Of a stretch of 64,000 nucleotides of DNA, positions 1 through 7,788 are shown one piece after another. The notes beneath the pieces are model-generated. The model did no database searches and was not told the origin of the DNA. It saw only the letters and a program-made list of their open reading frames with translations. The DNA is from an uncultured Verrucomicrobiota bacterium (GTDB lineage: Bacteria; Verrucomicrobiota; Verrucomicrobiia; Palsa-1439; CAZOTB01). Where the stretch lies: positions 2,845 through 66,844 of the forward strand of contig CAZOTB010000001.1 of assembly GCA_964582645.1 (NCBI GenBank), written 5' to 3'. Position 1 is the stretch's first letter, and each line of letters starts with the position of its first letter. The translations under genes and the position numbers were made by a program.

Positions 1-826
1 CGCCGTCCGGGAGGTTTGCGAGCGACAGGGTGGCGTAATAATTCCATTGTGCCACTGCCTTCTCTAGATCGGCCACGGCGCTCGCGTCGCCAAACTTCTG
101 CAACGTTTCGAAGAGCGGACTCACATCCTTGCCGTCCCACTGCCCACTGGAGGCCAGCGCCAAGGCCTTGCGCGCCGCCTCGAGCGCCTGCTGCCGGTAC
201 TGCTCGGGATATTGCTCGTCGAGAACGCGCGACAACAGCGCAATCTCCAACGGATCGGTGGTCGCCTGAAGCGTCTGCAGCGCCGTCTGCACGGCCTCGT
301 CGCCGCCCACCTGGAGCAACACATCGAGCATCCCGATTCGCAACGACGCGTAATCCACTTCGTTCCCGCCGTTGAGGCTGTCGAAATTGACATCGCGGTT
401 CTGTTCCAGAAACTCGCGGATGGCCGGCACCGCCGCGAGGCCCTGCTCGGCGAGTTGCTGGAGCAGCGCGTTGATCTCCGCCGCCTGTGCTTTCGTGATG
501 CCCCGGCTCAAATCCATCTGCTGCAATTGCCCGAGCAACTGCTGCGCGTGCGAGGTCGAGCCCACGCGCTGGGAGGCCGGGCGCGGTTGCGCGGTACGCG
601 ACGCGGTTGCGCGCGGTTTTTCCGTCTGCTCCCAGAGCCCCACCTCACGCGGTGCCGGAGTGGATTGGGCCTTGCGGATGCGAGGCGGCTTGGGTGAGGG
701 AGGAGTGACGCGTGTCTGTTTCGGCGACGGCGGGGGCGGCGGTGTCTCGAACGCGAAATACATCAAAACCGCGATCACGGCGACAAACGCCGCGACCACG
801 CCCACGATGGAAAAATACTTTTTCAA
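1..826 (-). CDS. Partial (C-terminus outside window) membrane-anchored protein: one N-terminal TM helix, a Pro-rich linker, then alpha-helical HEAT/TPR-like repeats
   Basis: Manual minus-strand translation from ~826 gives (L/M)KKYFSIVGVVAAFVAVIAVLMYFAFETPPPPPSPKQ... with no stop down to window edge. Start codon uncertain (TTG at 826-824 or upstream). Not in ORF track because it is open at the window edge. Confidence 0.5.
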   Translation of the reverse strand, partial: MKKYFSIVGVVAAFVAVIAVLMYFAFETPPPPPSPKQTRVTPPSPKPPRIRKAQSTPAPREVGLWEQTEKPRATASRTAQPRPASQRVGSTSHAQQLLGQLQQMDLSRGITKAQAAEINALLQQLAEQGLAAVPAIREFLEQNRDVNFDSLNGGNEVDYASLRIGMLDVLLQVGGDEAVQTALQTLQATTDPLEIALLSRVLDEQYPEQYRQQALEAARKALALASSGQWDGKDVSPLFETLQKFGDASAVADLEKAVAQWNYYATLSLANLPDG

Positions 827-911
827 ATGCGATGTTCCTGGTTGATCAAACCTCCACGCTCGGCGTGCAGCGAACCGGATCCGTGTAGCACGCACAGCGC
901 TCGAACTGCTT

Positions 912-982
912 GCGTTTGCAGTTCAAGCTTCAGCTTGTCTGGTGTTCGCGTCCCGAAGCAAGCTGAAGCTTGAACTCCAAGC
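912..982. repeat. REP-like extragenic palindrome, family A (inverted copies of GGAGTTCAAGCTTCAGCTTG)
   Basis: Arms CGTTTGCAGTTCAAGCTTCAGCTTG and CAAGCTGAAGCTTGAACTCCAAGCG are reverse complements. Lies at the 3' end of the 1077..1571(-) gene. Related copies at 4962, 12729 and 23864. Confidence 0.6.
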
Positions 983-1076
983 GAGAGCCACGATCATGCT
1001 CACCACGTCCAGCGAACGCCGACCGTCACAAACCATTATGCACCGGTACCCCCTCAATTTCCAACGCTTCTCCTTT

Positions 1077-1571
1077 CTATTCCTTTTCCATCCCTTCGGC
1101 CAATTCCATCACCTGCTTGAGCGTGCCCATCTGGCGTCCGTCCACCGTGAGCAACTCGATTTCGGTTACCAGCCATTGTTTGCCGCGTTTGTCGAGCCGC
1201 AGTCGCCATGCCGTGCTCGATGCCGGCAACGAACTGCCTTGTGCCGGCTGGGTGAAGATCTTGAACTTCACGTCCGCCGTCTCGCCGTCAATCTGGATGT
1301 GTTTGTTCCGCATGATCGTCGTCGGGAACTGACTGCGGCGAAAAATCCTGGACGCCTTCTCTCGCAATGTCTCCCAGGACAGATCCTGATACTGATAATC
1401 GCGCGCCACATTCGCCAGAATGCCGTCAGCGTCGGCGTTGCGGAGGGACTGTTCGCAGGCTTGCAGCACCCGGTTCACCCGCTTCGAGTCGGTGACGATG
1501 AACTGCGCGATCACGAGGATCAACACGAGCAGGCCGACCCAGGCCAACAGCAGTCGTTTGAGGGTGCTCAT
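1077..1571 (-). CDS. Hypothetical membrane-anchored protein (164 aa, N-terminal TM helix)
   Basis: ORF track 1077..1571(-). Hydrophobic N-terminus LLLAWVGLLVLILVIAQFIV and coding-like composition. No family recognised. Confidence 0.5.
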   Translation of the reverse strand: MSTLKRLLLAWVGLLVLILVIAQFIVTDSKRVNRVLQACEQSLRNADADGILANVARDYQYQDLSWETLREKASRIFRRSQFPTTIMRNKHIQIDGETADVKFKIFTQPAQGSSLPASSTAWRLRLDKRGKQWLVTEIELLTVDGRQMGTLKQVMELAEGMEKE

Positions 1572-1651
1572 CGCGGTGCGACCTCATTAACCATTTACTT
1601 GGATCGTTGTCACTTGATTTCCTCCCGCGCGTTGGGAACACTGGCGGCGGC

Positions 1652-2683
1652 ATGAATTTCATCACGTCCATCATAGACAAGCTGCAGCGCCATCCCAAAC
1701 GGATCGTGTTTCCCGAGGGTGACGAACCGCGCGTGATCCAGGCCGCCCGGCAGTTTTATGCGATGCGTCTCGGCGTTCCGATTCTGCTCGGCGATCCCGA
1801 GAAGATTAAACGGGTCGCCGAGGGACTCAAAGTGCCGCTCGATCATGTCGGCCTCATCAACCCGGCCGTGGCCGATGACCTGCCGGACTTCGCGAAGCGC
1901 TTCGAAGTATTGCGCCGCTACAAGAAAATCAGTGGACCCGAGTCCATCGAGACGATGAAGAACCCGCTCTACTTCGGCGCCATGATGCTCTGGACGAACC
2001 AGGTGGACGGCCTCGTCGCGGGCGCGAGCCACACCACCGGCAGCGTGTTGCGGCCGCTGTTTCAGGTGATCAAGCCGGCGCCGAATGTGAAAATCTGTTC
2101 GAGCTGCATGATCATCGAGACGAACGACATGTCGCTGGGCGACAACGGCGTTCTGTACTTCGCCGACTGCGGCGTCATCCCGGACCCGAACGTCGAGCAA
2201 CTCACCGACATCGCGATTTCCACGGCGCAGCTCGCGCGTCAGCTCACCGGCATCCGTCCCCGGGTGGCGATGCTGTCGTTTTCCACCAAGGGCAGCGCGC
2301 AGCACAAGATCGTCGGTAAAATGGAAGCCGCCGCGGCGCTCACGAAGCAACGCGCGCAGCAGCAGAACCTCGAGCTGGACGTGGACGGCGAGTTGCAGGC
2401 CGACACCGCGCTCGTCGCCGAGATCGCGAAGGCAAAGGCGCCCGAGAGCTATGTTGCGGGTCGCGCCAATGTGTTGATCTTCCCCGATCTCAACGCCGGC
2501 AACATCGCCACCAAGCTCGTCCAGCGTGTAGGCAAGGCCAACGCGTTTGGTCAGATCATCCTCGGTTTGTCGCGTCCCGCGGCCGATCTGTCGCGCGGTT
2601 GTTCGTACTACGACATCCTCGGCGTCGCCGCCGTGGTCGGTCTCCAAGCAATCGCGTACCGGCAGTTGTATCCGCAGAAATGA
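1652..2683 (+). CDS. pta: Phosphate acetyltransferase (phosphotransacetylase, catalytic domain only)
   Basis: ORF 1607..2683. Pta-like N-terminus MNFITSIIDKL...RIVFPEGDEPRVIQAA and the whole ORF matches PTA_PTB domain patterns. ATG at 1652 preferred over the upstream TTG. Confidence 0.85.
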   Translation: MNFITSIIDKLQRHPKRIVFPEGDEPRVIQAARQFYAMRLGVPILLGDPEKIKRVAEGLKVPLDHVGLINPAVADDLPDFAKRFEVLRRYKKISGPESIETMKNPLYFGAMMLWTNQVDGLVAGASHTTGSVLRPLFQVIKPAPNVKICSSCMIIETNDMSLGDNGVLYFADCGVIPDPNVEQLTDIAISTAQLARQLTGIRPRVAMLSFSTKGSAQHKIVGKMEAAAALTKQRAQQQNLELDVDGELQADTALVAEIAKAKAPESYVAGRANVLIFPDLNAGNIATKLVQRVGKANAFGQIILGLSRPAADLSRGCSYYDILGVAAVVGLQAIAYRQLYPQK

Positions 2684-2795
2684 CGGAAGGTGCAACAATG
2701 GAAGACGGGAAGAATCAGGGCACGATGCTCGCGTCCATTCAAGGTGCGAATCCGGCCTTCCACCCTTCCATGCTTCCACCCTTCCATCACCTCCC

Positions 2796-3905
2796 ATGCC
2801 TTCCAACCTGACCACCAACCGAGTCTTCATCGCCGCGACGCGAATGAACGACGGCAAAACCACGGTCTCGCTCGGGTTGACGGCGGCGCTGCGCAAACAT
2901 TACCCGCGCATCGGTTACATCAAACCGGTCGGCCAGCGGTTTGTCGAAATCGAGGGCGCGAAAGTGGACGAAGACAGCGTGCTGATGGGACAACACCATC
3001 GCATGGACATCCCGCTCGCCGAGATGAGCCCGGTGGCGGTCGAACCGGATTTCACGCGGCGGTTTCTCTCGGGCGGCGTCGCCAACGACGCGCTCGTCCG
3101 CCGCATCGAGAAGGCGTTCGACCGGTGCGCGTGGGAAAAGGATTTCGTCATCATCGAAGGCACCGGCCACGCCGGCGTGGGCTCGGTGTTCGACCTCTCC
3201 AATGCGCGCGTCGCCAGCTTCCTCAAATCGAAAGTGATCCTCGTCACGCTCGGCGGCGTCGGGCGTCCCGTGGACGAGATCGCGTTGAACAAGGCGCTGC
3301 TCGACCAGATGGGCGTCGAGGTGATCGGCGTCATCGTCAACAAGGCGCTGCCCGACAAGGTCGAGATGGTCGCCGACTTCTGCCGACGCGGCTTCAAACG
3401 GCTCGGCCTCGACCTGCTCGGCGTGATTCCCAGCCAACCGACGCTTACCCAACCGACCGTCGAACAGGTGTGCGAAGTATTGAAAGGCGAGTTCCTGAAC
3501 GGCGACAGCAACAAGAGTTCTCGCGTCTCGCGCGTAGTGATCGGCGCCATGCGCCCGCAGAACGTGCTCGAGAACTGCGACAAAGGCGTCCTCATCATCA
3601 CCCCCGGCGACCGCGACGACCTGATCCTGGCCGTGTTGAGCAGTAGCGTGCTCGGCAACGACTCGCGCGATCGCATCGCCGGGATCGTGTTGACGCGCGA
3701 CATCACCCCGCCGAAAAACATCCTCCAGCTCGTCGGCAAGACGGACATCCCGTTGATCCTCGCCCGGGAAGGAAGCTACGCCGTGGCGAGCAAAGTGCAC
3801 GACATGACCGTCAAGACCACTGCCGGCGACACCGACAAGATCGAGTTGATCGAGCGGATTTTCGAGAAACACATTGCGACGGACAAGATTTTGGCCAAAC
3901 TATAG
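2796..3905 (+). CDS. DRTGG/AAA-type (CobQ/MinD-like) domain protein, equivalent to the N-terminal regulatory half of long Pta enzymes, encoded as a separate gene
   Basis: Frame of ORF 2547..3905. MPSNLTTNRVFIAATRMNDGKTTVSLGL (P-loop-like) ... IITPGDRDD (DRTGG motif). ATG at 2796 follows the pta stop after a short intergenic gap. Confidence 0.7.
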   Translation: MPSNLTTNRVFIAATRMNDGKTTVSLGLTAALRKHYPRIGYIKPVGQRFVEIEGAKVDEDSVLMGQHHRMDIPLAEMSPVAVEPDFTRRFLSGGVANDALVRRIEKAFDRCAWEKDFVIIEGTGHAGVGSVFDLSNARVASFLKSKVILVTLGGVGRPVDEIALNKALLDQMGVEVIGVIVNKALPDKVEMVADFCRRGFKRLGLDLLGVIPSQPTLTQPTVEQVCEVLKGEFLNGDSNKSSRVSRVVIGAMRPQNVLENCDKGVLIITPGDRDDLILAVLSSSVLGNDSRDRIAGIVLTRDITPPKNILQLVGKTDIPLILAREGSYAVASKVHDMTVKTTAGDTDKIELIERIFEKHIATDKILAKL

Positions 3906-3921
3906 CGACGAAGTTTTTCCC

Positions 3922-4896
3922 ATGACCTACACCCATCTCGGACGCAGCGGATTGAAAGTCAGCCGGCTCTGTCTCGGCACAATGAACTTCGGCCCCGTCA
4001 CCAACGAAGCCGACAGCCACGCCATCATGGACAAGGCGCTTGAAGTCGGCATCAACTTCTTCGACACCGCCAACATCTACGGCGGCAAACCGGGCGAAGG
4101 TTGGACCGAACAGATCATGGGCCGATGGTTCGCCAAGGGCGGCGGACGACGCGACAAGGTCGTGCTCGCCACCAAGGTCTATAACCGGATGGGCGAGTGG
4201 CCGAACGAATCGCGCCTGTCCGCGTTGCACATCCGCAAGGCGTGCGACGACAGCTTGCGCCGGCTGCAGACCGATCGCATTGATCTCTATCAGTTCCATC
4301 ACATAGACCGCGAGAGTCCGTGGGAGGAAATCTGGCAGGCGATGGAACAACTCGTCCAGGCCGGCAAGATCATCTACGCCGGCAGCAGCAACTTCGCAGG
4401 CTGGCACATCGCGCAGGCACAAGGCGCGGCGCAGGCCCGGCATTTCATGGGACTCGTTTCCGAGCAATGCCGCTACAACCTCACCGTGCGCCAGCCCGAG
4501 ATGGAAGTGTTGCCGGCCTGTCGTGGCTACGGTCTCGGCGTCATCCCGTGGAGTCCGCTCGCCGGTGGCCTGCTCGGTGGACGCGAAAAGACCGACGCGG
4601 GACGCCGCGTGTCGGCTTCGAAGCAAGACCCGCAGTTCTTCGAGAAGTACAAGACTCAACTCGACGCCTACGAGGCGCTCTGCCGCGAACTCGGCGAGAA
4701 ACCGGCCGACGTGGCGTTGGCGTGGCTGCTTCACAACCCCGTCGTCACTGCCCCGATCATCGGCCCGCGTACCAACGAGCAACTTAACGGCAACCTCCGC
4801 AGTCTCGAAATCAAGTTGAGCGCCGAAGTGATGAAGCGGCTCGACACCATCTGGCCCGGCCCCGGCGGCGAAGCGCCGGAGGCGTTTGCGTGGTGA
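3922..4896 (+). CDS. Aldo/keto reductase family oxidoreductase
   Basis: MTYTHLGRSGLKVSRLCLGTMNFG...IDLYQFHHID...AGSSNF is a classic AKR signature. ATG at 3922 within ORF 3874..4896. Confidence 0.85.
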   Translation: MTYTHLGRSGLKVSRLCLGTMNFGPVTNEADSHAIMDKALEVGINFFDTANIYGGKPGEGWTEQIMGRWFAKGGGRRDKVVLATKVYNRMGEWPNESRLSALHIRKACDDSLRRLQTDRIDLYQFHHIDRESPWEEIWQAMEQLVQAGKIIYAGSSNFAGWHIAQAQGAAQARHFMGLVSEQCRYNLTVRQPEMEVLPACRGYGLGVIPWSPLAGGLLGGREKTDAGRRVSASKQDPQFFEKYKTQLDAYEALCRELGEKPADVALAWLLHNPVVTAPIIGPRTNEQLNGNLRSLEIKLSAEVMKRLDTIWPGPGGEAPEAFAW

Positions 4897-4961
4897 TGCG
4901 CACGAGGGGGTGCTCAGAGGGGAGCCTTCAAGCTCTCCGTCCGGCAGCGCGGGCACTGACT

Positions 4962-5029
4962 CAAGCTGAAGCTTGAACTCCAAACGCAAGCTTCGTGAGG
5001 CTCACGTTCGGAGTTCAAGCTTCAGCGTG
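4962..5029. repeat. REP-like extragenic palindrome, family A
   Basis: CAAGCTGAAGCTTGAACTCCAAACG ... CGTTCGGAGTTCAAGCTTCAGCGTG are inverted arms around an 18 nt loop. Lies downstream of the AKR gene. Confidence 0.65.
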
Positions 5030-5123
5030 TTCGTACGCGTTCAACGGAAGGAATTCGGACAAACAGCTCAGAGGTGCGATGAGTTCTCTGAATTGTCTTT
5101 CCGCGACGAGGTACTGCTCGGAC

Positions 5124-5153
5124 TTGATTCCCGCGAATCATCTGCACTAAGAT
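5124..5153 (+). promoter_or_regulatory. Candidate sigma70-type promoter (TTGATT-N18-TAAGAT) for the 5172 gene
   Basis: -35 TTGATT at 5124-5129 and -10 TAAGAT at 5148-5153; GGAG RBS before the ATG at 5172. Confidence 0.3.
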
Positions 5154-5171
5154 GCGCGTGGAGATTGCCAT

Positions 5172-5651
5172 ATGAACCATGCCACATTCACTCTCTTTGC
5201 TGCGATGATTCTCGTCACCACCACGGACGCCGGCGATTACTCGACCAAGCGCGGCAACGCCACGCTCACCGTCACGACGGCTACGCGCGCGAAAGGCGTG
5301 CTCCAACTCCAAGCCGAACTGCAGCCGCGCAACTACGCCCGGATTGACCGCGTTTATCTCGTCACGCCCTCGGGCAAGAAACTGAAGCCGAGCGACAAGA
5401 CGACGTTCGCCGAGCAGAAGATCGAGAAGGGCGACGGCGGCAAGGAGCAGGTCGAACTCGGCGCCCAGCAGACGTCCGGCACCTATCTCTCCAACGCCTA
5501 CCTGTTCGAGTTGCCCGAGAATGAAAAGAAGGGGCGCTGGTTCTTCTACACGCAGGGCGCCGGCGCGCGCGGACAGGAGTCCGGCTTCCGCGTCGAGATT
5601 CCCGCCAAGGACATCGAGGCAGCGATGAAGGGCGACGCGGTGCCGAACTAG
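5172..5651 (+). CDS. Hypothetical secreted protein (signal peptide)
   Basis: ORF track. N-terminal MNHATFTLFAAMILVTTTDA looks like a signal peptide. No family recognised. Confidence 0.5.
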   Translation: MNHATFTLFAAMILVTTTDAGDYSTKRGNATLTVTTATRAKGVLQLQAELQPRNYARIDRVYLVTPSGKKLKPSDKTTFAEQKIEKGDGGKEQVELGAQQTSGTYLSNAYLFELPENEKKGRWFFYTQGAGARGQESGFRVEIPAKDIEAAMKGDAVPN

Positions 5652-5682
5652 TACATCGAATCATAAGTTCGTAGCAGGTTTT

Positions 5683-6381
5683 TCATGCTGCAATTGGAAG
5701 CGATTTTGCCATGTGTCGCCGCAGATCGGCTACCGTATAGCTCCACTGAACCGGCCGAGGATGCCGGTTACGCTCCTCGAAAAAGCCCAGCACTCGCTCT
5801 CTCAGTTCCTGCCGATCCCGAAAATGATTCGGAGTCAGCGCCCTCCTCTGCAGCGGTGAAAACACAATCTCCACTTGATCCAACCACGAGGCATTGATCG
5901 GCAACCAATGGATCTTCACCGCAAGGGACAGGTGCTGGGCCTCGATCCACGATTCAATCTGCTTCGGCGCGTGGGTCGGGCCGTTGTCCATGATCAAATG
6001 CAACACCGCGATCTCCTCGCACCACAGACTGCCAAAGAGCATCGACCGAAAGCTCGCAAAGTCCACAAAGCGTTTCCGCTCGCAGCAGCGTGCGATCGTC
6101 TGCCCGCTGTGAACAAACAAGGCAAGGAACAAGTGCAGGATGCCCTGACGACGATAGCGGCAGCCGACGCGCAACGGACGGTGCGCTTGCGCCGCCACCA
6201 CGCCGCCGGTCACGGTGAGCGCCTGCATACAAGTCTTCTCATCGGCACAGACGACGATCTCTCCGCGCGAAGCCAAGCCGGCGGCCTGTTCGTACAGCTT
6301 CAGCACGACGGTCGCTTTCTCCAGAAAGCGTGGATCGGTCGGTTTCTGCCAGGAGCGAACCTGCCAGGGTTTGATGCGCAC
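5683..6381 (-). mobile_element. IS630-family (DDE_3) transposase remnant, missing the N-terminal HTH region
   Basis: RSWQKPTDPRFLEKATVVLKLYEQ...VVCADEKTCMQAL...IMDNGPTHAPKQIESWIEAQ...IHWLPINASWLDQVEIVF matches the IS630/Tc1-like DDE_3 core. The same frame hits a stop ~30 codons upstream of the listed start, so roughly 100 aa of N-terminus are absent. Confidence 0.75.
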
Positions 6382-7051
6382 TTGCTGCCACCAGCGGCGG
6401 CCAGCGCACCAGAAAGTCGCACGCCATCGGCGTGACCAGGTCTTCGCCCGCCCAGTCGAGTGCCTGCGGATAGTAGGCTTTCAACGCCGCGATGAGCTGC
6501 TGCTTGCAGCCGGTGGCCTGATTGACCCGGCGGCGACGATGTTCGCACAACAGCCCGACCTGGCGCGCGACCACGGTGTCCGGCCGCCAGGGGCGCAGAT
6601 GCTCGCGATGGGCCACGAGCAACTCGTGCAGCAGGCGCGCGTCCGGCGGATCGTCCTTGGCGCCGCTGGGAGCGAACGCCTCGCGATAGCGTGTGGCGGT
6701 CATCGGGGCCACTGGATAGAGCACCAGGAAGTCGGCTTCCATCAGCTTGTGAATCAGACCGCCGCGGGATTGTTCCAGAGCGATGGCGACGGGTCGCCCG
6801 CCGAAGCGCGTGCGCAGCGTGGCGATGAACTCGGTGAGCGATTCGGCCGAGTGTGTGAGGGTGAACTCTTCGAGCGCGGCACTGCCGGCGACACTGAGGC
6901 AGACGGCGTGCTCCTGGTCGGCCCAGTCCATGCCGACGAACGCCGCCAGTGCGGCCGGGGGCGCGGGCGCCGAGGGACGCGGCGAGGGGGTTGGGTTTGG
7001 GGATTGCGTCATGGGTGTGTACTCCTTAAGGTTTGGGTTATGCGTTGCCAC
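6239..7051 (-). mobile_element. IS110-family transposase N-terminal (DEDD_Tnp_IS110-like) fragment; Transposase_20 C-terminal domain absent
   Basis: FVGMDWADQEHAVCL...RPVAIALEQSRGG...LVLYPVAPMTATRYREAFAPSGAKDDPPDARLLHELL...LRPWRPDTVVARQVGLLCEHRRRRVNQATGCKQQLIAALKAYYPQAL follows the IS110 N-domain pattern. Its 3' part (6239-6470) overlaps the IS630 fragment in another frame; the true junction is probably near 6380-6480. Confidence 0.6.
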
Positions 7052-7788
7052 GCGGACCGGGGCGCTACAGCGAAGTTCTTATCGAAGAGCTGAAGTGGCT
7101 CGTCCTCTGAGTATTCGTTCGAGCGTCCCGGCGAGGCGGCCTGGCGCGAGCGCCTCCGAGAAACGTCGTGCGTTAAGGGCGGCGATTCGTTGCCAGGCCG
7201 TCGCGTGGAATCGGTGGGGAGCATGGCAGAGAGGACCAAGATATTCACGGGGCAAATGTTTTTTTGGGCGGAGTTATTCACCGTCGGCGGGGCTACTGGT
7301 AAGCGTGCGACCGCTCTCCCCGCCGCCGGATGAACAACTCCGGACCAGCAATAAGGGCGGCGTTCCTTCCCAGCGACTTTCCAAACACGCGCTTGGGAAG
7401 TGTGCCTTGTCGGTTTGAGGTGGCGCTTCCCGCTCCAGAACGTGAAAGGGTGGACGAAAAGTCCCCATTCATGTGCGTCAGCGATCTGTGCGCTGGGATC
7501 CTGAGAGCGGGCATCTTGATCATCTCTTTCGGGTTTGTGCTGGGCCTCACTCTGCCGGACCCCATGGGTACGGACCAGAACTTTGCATGCTTGCGAAGTC
7601 GGCTCCACCTTCACGAATCAGACCCCTGCCGAGTGACTGCTCGGCCCTGTGAGCAAGTATGCTCAAGCCAGGTCACCAAGTTTCTGGGTCAATAAAGTCA
7701 CTGTAGAGGAAAGCCCCATCGAGGGGGCGATTGAGGTTTGACTCTTTCCCGGCGACTGGCCTAGAGTACGCGCCTGTTTTTCAGGGCG

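Noticed and set aside
1610-2896. 428-aa ORF on the minus strand opposite pta
   Set aside because: Antisense shadow ORF typical of a high-GC genome. The plus-strand frame has clear Pta homology; the minus frame is Arg/Gly/Ala-rich with no motifs.
2787-4989. Long minus-strand ORFs 2787..3872 (361 aa), 2915..3748 and 3811..4989 (392 aa)
   Set aside because: They overlap well-supported plus-strand genes (the DRTGG protein and the AKR). Composition is low-complexity and Arg/Asp-rich; they are shadow ORFs.
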